Source: Anthoceros angustus (taxonomy: Eukaryota > Plantae > Anthocerotophyta). From it: a stretch of DNA of 64,000 nucleotides. Location of the stretch: contig MU008165.1 of NCBI GenBank assembly GCA_010909165.1, positions 62,001-126,000 of the forward strand, given 5' to 3'. Below, piece after piece: positions 48,401 to 62,282 of this stretch. A program made the translations under genes and the position numbers. A model generated the notes under the pieces. The model was not told the origin of the DNA. It searched no databases and saw nothing but the letters and a program-made list of their open reading frames with translations. The number at the start of each line of letters is the position of its first letter. Position 1 is the first letter of the stretch.

Positions 48401-50900
48401 CTGGATCAGGTCTGTCCTTAGTGCCAACAGGCTGCAGAGGTTCAACAAAAGTGACACTCCATGCTAGGACCAGTTGTAAAGAGGTTGTATCTAAAAGCTT
48501 ATATGCTTTTACATGCTCACTGTATCCAATAAAGGTAAGACAGCGAGAGCGATCATCTAACTTCCTGCGCTTTTCTGCAGGAATATATGCATAGGCTTTG
48601 GATCCAAAAATCCTAAGGTGGAGAAGACTTGGCTTCCGTTTCCAAACAAGCTCAAAAGGTGTTACTGCAGCAAGGGAGCTAGTGGGCAATCTATTCAATA
48701 TGTATGTGGAGGTGACAACGGCTTCAGCCCAATAGGAGGAAGGTAAACCTGACCATAACAACATAGCTTGAGTCATTCCCATGAGCGTCTAGTTCTTGCG
48801 TTCAGCAACACCATTCTGTTGCTGCGTGTAAGGAACTATCAATTGATGGATAATGCCTTGTTCTGACAGGAATTTGGTGAACAAATGGTTGACAAACTTT
48901 GTCCCATTATCAGATCGGAAGACCTTGAGAAGAAGGCCGGTTTGCCGTTGTTCCAAGAGTAACCAATCCTGAAATAAGGCAAAGGTCTCATTCTTGCGTT
49001 TCATAGGGAAAGTCCATGTGTATCGGCTATAATCATCAGTGATGGTGAAGTAATATTCTGCCCCTCCAAGTGACGGAACCTGGAGGCGGCCAGAGATGTC
49101 ATAATGAACAAGGTCCAAGAGCTGTGTTTTTATGTGAGCAGGAGCAGAAGGGAAGGGCTGTTCCTTCTGCTTAGCGAGAGCACATGTTTCACAGAGCGGT
49201 AGCTCCTTCAAGCAAGATGATAAGGGCTCCCGAAAGCATGTAGACTTTGACATAGCAGCCATAGTGTTCCTGTTGACATGTCTCAAGCGAGCATGCCATA
49301 GTGTAGATTGTTATTTTGCCATAAGGTTGCCGGCACTTGTTGAATAGGCCTTGTTCTGGTGACCAGGTACACAAGTAAGAGTAAGACGATACAAATCATG
49401 TTCTGGAATGGCCTTGAAGACGCAGATGGCTGGAGAAGTCTTCCTAGAGAAACAACAACAATCATCCCGAGAGGTGAGCTTAAAGGTCTTGAGTTTTAGA
49501 AGTTTGCTCAAAGACAACAGGTTCTTTGCCATGTGTGGCACAAACAAAACATCTGTCAGGGTGAGGTCCCATCACTCAAACGAAAAGTGCAGCATCCTTG
49601 TCCTTGGATCTGCAAGCTTGTGTCTTTCTGTTCATCTCCTAAGTACACTCTGTCAACATTGGTTGAATACTCAAGGGAAGTGAAGAGGGATTCATCCCGA
49701 GATGTGTGTGTAGAGTCCAGTACAGTCTTGTCCCCAGTGGATGTGGACAAGCATACTGTGAGGATTTTTACAACAGGCTTACTTGAATCGCCAGTTTTAT
49801 CCTTGACAGTTGCTGTGGCTGCAGATCTGGTAGGCTTCTGAGACTCACCAGCCTTTTTCTTTCGACAATCCCGAGCCCAATGACCAGGTATGCCACACTA
49901 ATTACAAGTACCTGTACGCAAGCTTGTACGTTCAAATTGGAATTAGAGGGTCCTGCATCATGTCGTGAGCCTTGATTGTCAGGTGCTATCTTAGGTTTGC
50001 CCCTCTGACCTTGTCTTCCACGGAAAACAGTGAGCACTCTGTCAGCTTTGGACTTAGATCTAGACCCTGACATAAGCCTGCTCTGCTCTTCTTAGAACAA
50101 GGCGCCAATCAGCTCGTCTAAGGTGAGAGTTGAAGTCTTACCAGCAGCCTGGGCCTGCCGGATAGGGACATTATGTGTAGATACAAAATTCTGATAACTG
50201 GGGAGAAGATTGCTGAGCAATTGTGCAATGACGTCTACTTCATCTATCACAGTGCCAACAGCTGCGAGTTGTGCTCGAAGATGTCTGAGCTTGCTGGTGT
50301 GAGCAAGTATTGTATCTCCTTCCCTCATTTTCAGTCCATAGAATTCTTCCCTGAGTGCACATAAGGTAAGGACATTCCTTACTTCATATTGATTAGAGAG
50401 CTGTTTCCATATCTCACTTGCTTTAGTGAGGAATTCAATTGCAGGAATCATGTCTTCTGCAAGGCCACCTACCAGGAGTGCCATGGAGACGCTATTGGCA
50501 TGAGCCCATCTGTCCTTCTCTCCTTTGGTATTAGTGGGGTCAGGTTCAGGGATGGACCCATCCATTATACCCCAAACACCTCTGGCTAGCAGTGTGGACT
50601 TCATCCTCACTCTCCATACTTCATACTTATGACCATTAAACCTATCCTTTTCCTTTAACTTGGATGTGAAGGTTGGGGTATAGGTTCTAGGAGGAGGTGG
50701 TGGAGGTGGGACGTTAGTCATGCTTACTAATCTTCCTGTTGTGTAGTGTGCAGAAGATTCTGCACAAAAGGACAGAGAAACTAGGGGATTAACAATCACC
50801 GACAAACTCAGGATTCTTCACGAAGAAACTCTAGTAACGAAACGGTAAGTCCAAACGTTACCTAGTGTGAACCCTAATCTTAGCTGTTCATTCTGCAAAA
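45480..50900 (-). mobile_element. Degenerate Ty1/copia retrotransposon (gag-PR-IN-RT-RH) with PPT and putative 3' LTR; 5' LTR not found
   Basis: gag KEKDRFNGHKYEVWRVRMK (50092-50805); knuckle CGIPGHWARDC; integrase TITDDYSRYTW...RSDNGTKF...QQNGVAERKN; RT YGLKQS and LALYVD; RH MCDNQSAIAL...RTKHIEVHHHYVR. PPT AAGGGAGGG at 45640-45648 is followed by TGTTACGG. Many stops and frameshifts. Confidence 0.92.
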
Positions 50901-51199
50901 CAGGATTAGAAAACCCTAATTGACAGGTAATGTGGCGGTTGATGCAGCGAGGTGTCACGGGAGCAGGAAAGACACATTGCCCTGAGGCATCTCTTCCTGC
51001 GAAAAGCCGCTGATCACAATGCTTGATGTGGCGCGACTTTCGCTGACGGCCAGCCGGGCGCGCACTAATCCCGTGTCGTTGCAGTAAGGGGTCCGTTCCC
51101 AAGGGAATGATTTGTTCCGTTTCACACGTTCGTGGCCCGATTCTCGTCCCGTCGTCGGGAAGGATTCCTATCCGAGACCCCAACGCGATCGTTTTCACT

Positions 51200-54100
51200 T
51201 CCTAATTACTCCTAAGCATCCACCGGATAGGCTTGGTGCGGCCAAATGTTTAAGGACTCGTTTACGATCGTTTCGTACCAGTCCGTCTTACGTCTCTACT
51301 AGTCCGCTTCTCCTACCACGCTCACTACACACATTACCTGTTGGAAATCGTGGGTGGCCTGCATGGCCCCGGACCTCCGCAGTCGTTCAACCAGGCCTCT
51401 CCGTCCGAGCTCTGCACTCCCTCTTGGAGTTCCGTTAGTCTCACACGCTCCGGTCCGTCCGACGTCGGTCCCCTGTTCTGGAGGAGCAAGGGTCCCTGGT
51501 CGTCCGCGCCTGTACACACACACCACCACACGTTAGGGTCCGTCACCAGGACCTGGATCAGTCTCTCTGGAGTAGTCTTGCCCACTCAGTAACTCAGGAC
51601 TCGCATTAGCAAAGGACACACAAGGGTCTGCAATGATAACGCGGTATCAACCCCAAAAGAAAGATGCTTTACTGGAGCGGCGTCCGCCTCTTATACTACG
51701 TCCTGAGGGGGCACCTTTACTATACTCCTATTCTGAGCTGATGTCCAGCTCACTGTGCCCTAGCACGCAACCCCCTATCTTCCCTAGCTTTCCTATCTAC
51801 GTCTTCGGTGGTGGGGCTGTGGCTGCCCAAGATTCCTTCTGGGCGCTGGCGGCCCAATCCCCAGCTCTGGTAATTGCGGCGCACCCAATCGGATGATCCG
51901 TGATGTGGGGGCCCTCCCTCTTCCCGAGACTCTGTCACGTTGCGCTACTGGCGGCGGCGTGACAACCGTAGTGACCACCAAGTCCTCCTCCTCGCCGTCT
52001 CTTGGCGCGCTGGTGGGTCCCTACCCTGTGGGTCCACTGAGAACCCGTTCTGCCGGGGTGGGTTGAGACTGATCCTCACTCACCCCTTCCCCCTCTTGAG
52101 TCCGCACCTCGGGGTCCGGCCTTGTTTCCGGAGTCCGGACCTCGGGGTCCAGTCTCGCTTCCGGAGTCCGGACCTCAGGGGCCGGTCTCGCTTTCGGAGT
52201 CCGGACCTCAGGGGCCTTGCTTCCGGAGTCCGGACCTCACGGTCTGGACTCGCGGGTTCCTGGACATCCTCGCCCAGAGCATTCTCCGGGGGTCCGAGTT
52301 CACCCACCGGACCCCCTTCCTGTCCCATATCCCCTTGGGCTTCTCCTCCCTTGACCCGCTCGGGAACCCCCTCTCCTTCTTCCCTTGTGGTGTGCGATGA
52401 ACTTACCTCTTGTCGTGTGGTGTCCGCCGTATCCCTCTCGTCCGGGTGCTCTCCTTCCCCGCTGCTGCTCTTGTCCCCGAACAGCGCCCTCAGGGTTCTT
52501 GTGGCGGCACTATCCCCCAGGCCCTCGTCTCTCCACCCTCCTTCCGACTCTTCTGGTGGCCCTTTAATTTGCCCTGTGTGGGGCATTACCTCCACGGCCT
52601 TGAGGAGCTCCGCTTGATAATTTGCGAAGTCGGAGTCAACCTGCTGAATGGCCTCCTCCACATGGGCACGGAGCACCCGATACTCACGCCTCGGAGGTTC
52701 TCAGCAACTTGGCTGGGTTGCTCTTGAGCTTTCATCGCCGGTCCTGTTCAGTCACATTTGAGTCCCTCGAGGCTGCTAAAGCCACCTCCGCCACTTCAAG
52801 CCTCTCAGCCGCCCGCCTCCTCCTCATTGTCTCTGCGGCCAAGTAACTTTGGCCGCCATGGACCGGCGTTTTCCTTCTACCTTCCGTGAACCGGACTGCC
52901 AACTTTGCTCTTCCTCGAGCTCTCTCTCCCCCGTCCATCCTTGCTCGGAGGGCCACCATGTCTCTTTCCGAGGTTGAAACTCGGCTCACATGCTCGCCCG
53001 CCTCCGCGCTTCTTCAAGTCCCTCTCCAGCTCGGCGATATCACGCTCCTTACTGATGACCTCGCACCGCCTCCACCCTCCAACACGCTGGAGCCACTCTA
53101 TCTCCCGCTCGTGATCCTCGATTCTCCCTTGGAGAATCCCATTCCGCTCCTCCGTTACTTGAAGCTGTAGCTCCAGGGTCTCCTTTCGGCCCTCCAACTC
53201 TAGATCTTGGCGCCGTTCCTTCATCACCTGCAGTTGTACCCGGAGGTTCCCTAGCTCCCTGGTGCTGGCCTCCCTCTCCTCCTCACGGATTACCCGTGCT
53301 TGTTCCGCCGCTGCCTGCTTTGCCTTCAGGTTGGCCATGGCTACTCCCGCCGCCTCTCTCCACCGGTTTCTGTCTCGCCGGTAGTGATCCCTATCCGTCT
53401 TGGCCGAGGCCTCCGCCTCCCGCGCTCCCTTCACTTGAGCCTCCCAGGCTTGGTTCTGCTCCTGTCGGGCTGTTTCGGCCAAGTCCTTGGCCCTCTCCGC
53501 CTGCCTACGTGCTTCCTCCGCCTCCTCTTGGGCCGCTCCTCTCCTCTTGCAAAGGTCCTTTGCCCCTTTGTAAGCGTCTGTCGTGCCGGTGCTTCATAGG
53601 TCAGCACCCTAGCCCGGTCCTGTTGGGCTGACCTGGCCTCCGACTCTGCCGTCTGTCGCTTCTCCTCCTCGACCCTAGCGAAGGACTCCGCCTTCCTTCT
53701 GGCCACTTAGGCCGCCTCCACCTGGCCCTAAAGCTCCACCATTCTCCTTCTGGTGGCCTCCACCTCCTGAGTCTTCTCTGCCATCCCGCAGAGCCCCCAA
53801 ATCATACCGTCCATGACGGCTGCAACCCGCCGTGTTTCTTCCACGGCCCCTGCTGGGGAGATACCCGTGAAGTCCGTTGAGGGTGCGGGTATCTCCCGGT
53901 CCGTTAAGGCCATGATCCGATGAGGAGGCGGATGGGAACTCCGGACCCAATCAGGACCCTTAGGTCCTGACTATTTTGGTCCGGAGCCTCTATCTCCTTA
54001 GCCCGCTTGGCCGCTAGGTCCTTCTCTGCCCGCCTACGTTTGGGGTCCGGAGGCGGTGAAGGAGACCGGGAGCTGGCTCGCTTTCCCCTCCTGGTCGGCG

Positions 54101-55824
54101 ATAGGGCGGGCTCGGGGTGGGGTTGCTACCAGTGTCCTCCCGCTCCCTGAGCCGCATCCTGCTTTGCCCTTCTCACCGCTTCCTCGGCCTCCTCCCACTC
54201 CGTTGGCAAGGGCAAGGGCACCGGAGCGGACCTTGGAGCGGTAGTGGTGGGGGCCGTTTTCCTCTTCTTTGCCTCCCTCCTAGTCTCAAGGCCTTAGAAC
54301 AGTGTTGGGGCGAGGCTGTCGGTCTGGCACGGCGACCACCAACTCCCTCCCCGTCGCAGTTGCCTCTGGTGCGGGGTGTTCTAGTGGAGGGACTAGAAGG
54401 AGGGAAGCGGGAATTTCTTCCCATACTTCCCTGGGCGGCGAGGGGGTCCGCTCCAGCCGTATGGAGTCCGGAATGCCTTCCCAGTCTTCGTCCTCCTGGG
54501 TCCGCCTGGGCTTGAGTGGGCGTCCTTTTGGCTCCTGGGCCCGCGCCTCTCGCTCCGACTCAGGCAGGGTTACCAACCCTTTCTGGAGTGCTCGCTCTTC
54601 TTCTCCTTCCTTCAGGAGGTTGAGGTGTCCCCAAACATGGACAATGAATGGGGATGCGCCGGCGGCTTCTCGTTCGCGACTTCAGCCTCTGGCGATCCGG
54701 CGAAGATGATCCTTCCCCAGTCCGCTCTCTTCCCTCGCTGCAGGGCGTGGAGGAACACAAGCAAATTGTCACCAAGGTGGTCCAACTTGGTGAGCATATT
54801 CTGATGCACGATGACTTTCGCCACCGCCTCACCCGTCGGTCCAATAGGTCCAGACCGACCATCGTTTGAGGGCTGCTGCGTCCCGGCTTCGCCTTGGCTG
54901 CTCCACCTCCCTTTACCTTAAGGGGCTCAAACGCCCCAGTCTCTTCCAACGGCCGATTATAAACGCTGCAGACCTCCACGGTCCATCTCCTTGATCCTCC
55001 CTCAAGCTCTTAGGCGGATGGTTTTGTTGGGCGTCAACATCTTGGGCGTACTCGGGACGGCGTTCTGCTATCAAACGTCCATACGCTTTGGAAGATGTCC
55101 AAGTGCAGGTCACTTCCGCTTGAGTGGGCGTCCTTTTGGCTCTGGGCCGCCTCTCGCTCAGGCTCGAGGCGGGGTTACCAACCCTTTGAGTGCTCTTCTT
55201 CTCCTTCCTTGAGGAGGTTGAGGTGTCCCCAAACATGGACAATGAATGGGGCTACTGAAAAGCCGGCGGCTTCTCGTTGCGCAGCTTCCGGCCTCGGCCG
55301 ATCCGGCGAAGATGATCCTTCCCAGTCCGCTCTCTTCCCTCGCAGGCGGAGGAACACAAGCAAATTGTCACTTAAAAGGTGGTCCAACTTGGTGAGCATG
55401 TATACTGCACGATGACTTTCGCCACCGCCTCACCCGTCGGTCCAATAGGTCGAGACATCTCGTTTGAGGCTGCCCCGCCAAGAGCCCTTGGCTGCTCCAC
55501 CTCCCTTTACCTTAAGGGCTCGGAACCACGCCCCGCCTCTTCCAACGGCCGTTGTAAATCGCTCGCGGGACCTCCACGGTCCATCTCCTTGGATCCTCCC
55601 TCAAGCTCTTAGAGCGATGGTCTGGTAGCTACACAGCCACCTCGGCATTCTAATGTACAGCTATCAAACGTCCATACCGCCTGGAAGATGTCCAAGTGCC
55701 AGTCCTGCACCAACTCCTCCGCCTCCTCCAGCCAAGGTCCAAAATCCGGGTAGCGCTTGGTGACGATGTTCTTCTCAACTAAATGCTAGGGTTCCCAGAC
55801 CTCTGCCGCCTTCTTGGGCCCCAT
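51200..55824 (-). mobile_element. LTR-associated element fragment with a long degenerate extra ORF (TE-type domain, low-complexity linker, coiled coil, repeat tail), then a purine tract and LTR-like sequence
   Basis: ATG at 55824 (MGPKKAAEVW...). Fragments LDIFQAVWTF, SLREDPRRWTVEV, GKRADWGRII and HLNLLKEGEE; long E/R/A-rich coiled coil at 52700-53700; 4 x ~32-bp repeats at 52128-52240. A purine tract at 51771-51793 is followed by TG, with a TATAAG at 51690. ~600-bp tandem duplication at 54500-55700. Confidence 0.6.
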
Positions 55825-58800
55825 ATTCGCGCGCCGGCTGGTTTGCTGTCTGATGAGAATCATAGCTGCTCTAGGTAGCAAAACATAGCAAGCAGATAGT
55901 AGAAAGCTTTGCACAAAAAGTTGTATGCATTGATTATAATAGAAAGTACAAAGCCTTTATATAGGCTAGGTGGTTATAACCATAAGGTGGTTGTAACCAT
56001 AAGTAGTTCTAACCTCTAAGTGGTTGTAACAACTAACTACTCATTAAACTACCTAAAGCCCTAAGAACTAAATTAATTAATAGCCTTAGGTGCCCTAGTG
56101 AAGAGTGCCCTAAATAGGTCATATTTCATCACTCCCACTCACTATGAACTAGGTGTGAAGAATCGGCTTCAAAATGAGACTAAAAGGCTAGTTAGCTCCC
56201 ACTAACTTGAAAGCTATCCGCTAACTAAGAAAACAATTAAAACTGGCTTAAGTTACATTTAAGCAGAATTTAATGTAATCAAAATTAATTACCAAAAACT
56301 TAATTAGGAAAATGGTAAATTCCTAAACAAGGTAAAAAGATAAAAGTAAAACTTAAACTAGGTTAATCTTAGTAAAACCATAGGTAAAAGTTAAACAAAA
56401 CTTAAAAGGGGTAAGGTGAAAAGGTTTATTTAATGAGCACGGGCCATATGATGCCGTCCCGTATGCCATGGGGGCATACTATGTACCTCCCCCTCATACG
56501 GTTTTATTCCTCCTCCCCTCGCTCCGCGCTCCCGCCTCCCGCTCATGAAACACAAAGAACTTGCGCTATGGCGCCGGACACAAACGGGTGGGGCAAGGCG
56601 CGCCGTCGTGAGGCCGCCCCGGCGGTCGCGCCCCGCGCCCCGCCCATGTGCTGGATCACCGTGGTCGGGACGCAAGGCGGTGTGTGCCGCCTGCAGTGGA
56701 AAAAGAAAGAAGAGGGCCACGGGAGGACCGCGCCTCCGAGGAGCAGACGCCCCTTGCGACCACAGTGATCCTCCACCTCTAAATGGATTCCAACCTTTGT
56801 GGAGAGCCCACCACGTTTTCGTGGGATGAAGTGGTCTGAGCTCGTGTAGAGGTTGAAGTCACCGGGAGAGGTGGAATTTGTTCCTGCAGTCGAAGATCGC
56901 CTGATTGATGTGTGAGTCGCCATATGCGGAGTGTCTCACCCAAGCCGGAGATTAAAGAAAGATCTTCGCATGTCTTGTCTCAATGTCTCAAAAGTGCTGC
57001 TAATCCCAAGCCAACACTCCAATGCGGCATGTCGTCATCACCAGTGCGTGAGAGATCGTCGAGGAAGATTCTCAAAGCTCTGTGAGGAAGAAATCGCGAT
57101 TGTTCTCTTATCGATACAAGTGCCTCGGAAGAATCTTCATTGAAGGCTTTCACTGATGAAGGGAGGCTGAAATCTCAAGTAAGATAGCGACATGGTATAG
57201 CAAGGCATTCCCCCGTCGTGAAGGGAGGCACCTTGAGCAGGATGCCCCCTTTGTCATGAGGAGAGGCACCTAGTTGTAAGCCCGTTTGTGGGCATCTTCA
57301 AATGACCATTTTCCAGTTCAAAAATATTAATTGTGATGAATTTTCTGATACTATTTTCGCAGATTTATGTATGGAAAATTATGGGAAAAAGGAAAATGAA
57401 ATGAAAATGAAGAAAATGAGAAAATGAAAAGGTAGACATGCTTTTGTGACTCTAAAAGGTGTTCTAACTTATTTTCTCTTGCTAAAATCTTGCCCATTTT
57501 AGGTTTCTTTTCCGCCCAGAAAAACATAGAATAGGAAACATAGGATTCGAAACCCGCATATATCCCAAGGGTGATGATGTGAAGCTCATCTATATAATCA
57601 CTAATATGAAAGGGGAATTCGGGCCTGACGTACCTCCATGCTCCTATGTTTGCCAGGAAACTAAGATACATATGATACGGGTTATGTATGCTGTTTGTGA
57701 AGAATTTCCCGGGCATATGATCCATGTCTATCGTGAGTATTCTTGAGGTTAAGAAAATATGGAAAAGTTTTAATTAGCAAAAATATTATTTAATATTTTA
57801 ATATTATTTTCTAGAGAGCACCTCAACTATGTATGAAGGAGAGGATGCAGGCTACGAAGCCTATGTTAAGATTGAGGATGATTGTTCAGAAGACTTAGAA
57901 TAGAATATTGGACTACTAAGGTTATTTTAAGTAGACCAATTTAGCTGCTAGGATGAACTATAGGCTGGAGGCTTAGACAGTGTCCAATATACCTAAACAT
58001 TTCATATGTTTCTATGCGATTCAATGCCTAGTGACTTTGTTAATAAATCAGCATTATCTAAAGTTTGAACATAACTAATATCTATAGTTTTATCCTCTAT
58101 TTTCTCTCGATATAATGATATTCGACAATATGTTTAGTTCTAGAGTGGAAGAGGTTCCTTGACAAGGCTATAGCTCACGACTATCACTCAACAACAAGGT
58201 GGGCTTTTCACCTTGTGATGAAGTTCACTCAAGGTTAGCCTAGTCCATACTATGTCTTTAGCAACCGAGGTTAGTACTCTATACTCGACTCGGTCGGACA
58301 AGGCTATGGTTGGTTGTTTCTTACTTGACCGGGATATTGCTCCCCAATAGCGACGCACTCGATACGGATCTGCGGTGTCGGGTCACCGGCATAGTCGGCG
58401 TCGGTAAGTTTTAATGTCAACGTCTTTATGCAGTGTATACTTGAATGTCAATCCTGTGCATGGTACCCTTGAGGTATCGAATATGCGCTTAGTTGACATC
58501 CGGTTCACGCCGTGGTTCTCGAATTGTGAGCAGGACGGCTTGAAGATATATCCGGTCGTGTGAAGTTGGATAAATATATAAGTGTGCCAACAAAGATGTC
58601 GATATGGGACGACATTTCCAACTTATCTTGTCTTGTCTTTGGACTCATATCCATGGTAAGCGACCGCTAGCAAAGGTGTAGGCGGGTTTCATCTTCAAGT
58701 CCAAACTTGGTTAAACTTTCTTTAATGTACTTGGTTTGAACAATACTCGAGTCTTGTTTGCTCGATCTCTAATAATGTTGACACCAAGTGCATATGTCAT

Positions 58801-59471
58801 TTCTCCTAAATCAGACATTTCATAAAAAGTCTTGAGCCAGCTTTTGATCTCGGCTAGGAGAGTAAGGGAGTTTGTGGCCATGAATACGTCGTCGACGTAG
58901 AGCAATAGGTAAAAGATATCATTGCCTGATATTAGGATATACATGCATGCATCGGCATCACTTTGCCGGAAGCCTCTTTTGATGAGTTTCACATGTATGT
59001 CCATATTCCAATTTTACCAGTTGCTTAAGGCCATACAAGCCTTTAATTAGTCTGCATACCCAATCTTCCTTGCCTTTAACCTCATAACCTTGGGTGTTTC
59101 ATGTAGATTTCTTCTTGAAGACGGCCATAGAGATATGTCTTCACATCCATCATATGGAGCTCAAGATCATGATGGGTCAAGAAGATTATTCTAAGGGAAG
59201 CAAACTTTGCTCGGGGCGAATGTGGCCCATGGGAGGTAATCTAAACCCGGTATCCGGGTGAATCCCACAGCCACAAGGCGTGCTTTGTATCTCTCAATGG
59301 AACCATCTCCTTTTCTCTTAATTTTGAATACCCATTTGCTGGTGACTATCTTCCTACCCTTAGGTGGCTTAACCAATTCCCATGTAGAGTTACTAATGAG
59401 AGAGTTATATTCGAATCTGACTACCTTCCATAAGGCTTTTTCGGAGAAGAGAAAGCTTGTTTTAAGGTAAG

Positions 59472-60892
59472 AGGTTCTTGGATCTATGGTTGCCTTGTAT
59501 ACACTTGTGAGTAAAGTGATACAGGGGAAGAGGATCATCAAAAAGCTAGATATCCTAAAGGAGGTTCCTTCCATCCTGCGGGTCCGATTGCGGACGGGTT
59601 CTTAAGTTGTACCTTTGTGTAGGTTCGGTGCATCTTCCATGGAGCAGAACATCAATAGGATCATGGTGCTCCATGTCATTCACGGAGGGTCATCATGCTC
59701 TTCATAAAGAGTGTCTGGCTCCTCGACTTGAATGTTGTCGCCATCCGGTGGTGTTTCAGTGGAATAGATGCTAACTCCTCCTCCTCCGCAAGAGGTTCAA
59801 CTACGGAACACGTAGGCGGGAACTGGAAATTGAGTGATATAATCGGTATCATCAAATGAGGAGGTATCGAGGGCTCTTGAAGAGGCGTCCTCGGCCGGAT
59901 GTACCAGCTCCCACTGGGGAAAAGAGGTAAGACTCATGAAAAGTAACACTCGGCATATATAAGCTTCCGTGTTGTGGGTTCAAATAGCTTGTAACCTTTG
60001 ATGCCTTGATTGTAGCCAATAAATAGATATTTGGCAGCTTTGGATCTAACTTCTTGCGTTGTACTTTAGGGATAAAGACATATGCGGAGAGCCAAAAATT
60101 GAAGGTGATCTATGGAAGGCTTGTTGCCGTGAATGCTTCATATGGAGTCATACCTTGAACGAGGAAGTCGGCGATTCATGAGATAGGTTCTTGGATCTAT
60201 GGTTGCCTTGTATACACTTGTGAGTAAAGTGATACAGGGGAAGAGGATCATCAAAAAGCTAGATATCCTAAAGGAGGTTCCTTCCATCCTGCGGGTCCGA
60301 GGATTGCGGACGGGTTCTTAAGTTGTACCTTTGTGTAGGTTCGGTGCATCTTCCGGGCGGGAACATCAATAGGATCATGGTGCTCCATGTCATTCAGGAG
60401 GGTCATCATGCTCTTCATAAAGAGTGTCTCGGCTCCTCGACTTGAATGTTGTCGCCATCGGTGGTGTTGTGGAATAGATGCTAACTCCTCCTCCTCCTGC
60501 AGAAGAGGTTCAACTACGGAACACGTAGGCGGGCTTGAGTGATATAATCGGTATCATCAAATGAGGAGGTATCGAGGGCTCTTGAGGCGTCCTCGGCGGA
60601 TGTACCAGCTCCCACTGGGGAAAAGAGGTAAGACTCATGAAAAGTAACACTCGCATATATAAGCTTCCGTGTTGTGGGTTCAAATAGCTTGTAACCTTTG
60701 ATGCCTTGATTGTAGCCAATAAATAGATATTTGGCAGCTTTGGATCTAACTTCTTGCGTTGTACTTTAGGGATAAAGACATATGCGGAGAGCCAAAAATT
60801 CAAGGTGATCTATGGAAGGCTTGTTGCCGTGAATGCTTCATATGGAGTCATACCTTGAACGAGGAAGTCGGCGATTCATGAGATAGGTTCTT
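59472..60892. repeat. ~710-bp tandem duplication within the copia pol
   Basis: AGGTTCTT at 59472, at the junction (60185) and at 60885; copies differ mainly by indels. Confidence 0.93.
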
Positions 60893-62282
60893 TGTAAGGA
60901 GGGCCTCACCCCAATAAGCTTTGGATAAGTTAGCTTGTGTTAACAGCAACTGTAATCTCTTGGAGGCGGAGATTCTTATTTTCTGCGCCATTTTCTTGAG
61001 GAGTGTATACTACACTTAATTGTTGAGCTACGCCTTCAGCTCGACAAAATTCAGCAAATCGATGAGATGTAAACTCTCCACCATTGTCGGAACGTAAGGT
61101 CTTGAGTTTGTGATCTGTAAGCCTTTCTGCCCATGCCATGTAATCCTTGAAAAACTGATAAGTTTCACTCTTTTGTGTGAGGATGTAGGAGAGGCAGAAA
61201 CGGGAATAGTCGTCGGTAAAAGTTAAGAAGTATCTACTACCACTGAAGGAGGGTGTAGAGAGGGGTCCACAAATGTCTGTGTGTACTATCTCTAAAGGTG
61301 ACTTGGCCCTTTGAGGAGATGGATTTTTGAAAGGTTCCTGGTGACGTTTTGTGAGGACACAGGTTTCGCACCAATCTAAGTTGTGAACCTTGGAGAGACA
61401 GGGTGTTCTATACAGGTTGTCTCTAGACATTTGGAGTAACTTCTGACTATTAGGATGACCTAATCTACAATGCCAGAGCATCGTGTGTGTTGGTTGTGCA
61501 GAATGTTGGGAGGCTACATTGACGGAATGTGTGGCTCCTACTTTGACTGACAATCTATAGAGTCCATCTTCTAAGATGCCAGTGCAGATAGTGTGTGTTC
61601 TATTCTTGAGGTAGGAAAGGGAACAACTATCGGCATATAAAAGGACCTACATGGTATGTTCTTTGCAAAGACTAGCGGCTGACACTAGGTTTTTGCACAT
61701 GGCAGGAACATGGAGGACTTGATGAAGATGAAGAGTCGACCGAATCACATGAGTACAATGAACCTAGGCCGCTATGGGAAGGTGTGATCATCGCCCGGAG
61801 AACATGGATGTCCTGTGGTGGGGTGTATGACTCGAAGGAGTCTTTGTTGTAGCAGATATGTGATGTTGCTCCACTGTCCATGTACCAATAAGCGGTTGCA
61901 GGCTTAGAGGATGCAAGGCAAATAGTGAGCACACGTGTTGTTGATGAAGAGTGTTTCTTCGAAGCAACATGAGCGGCAGGCGGGGCCTCAGATCTAGGTT
62001 CCCCATTCTTCTTCTTTCTACAGTCCTTTTCCATGTGATTAGGTATTCTGCACCAATTACAAATAATTCCACTCTTTTTGGTACCCCTGGAAGGTGTGGA
62101 AGAGCTGGATTCGCCATGATATTTGTTTGGTGTGGAATAAGCAGGTCTATTGGAAGGAGAACTTTTTCCGCGTCCTCTTCCTCTGCCTCTTCCAGCGTAC
62201 ATCACCTGCTGTCGGCTGGACTTGGGCTCATGGCGTCGGTGGACTCCTCCTGAATCATGGCTCCGATGAGTTCTGCGACACT

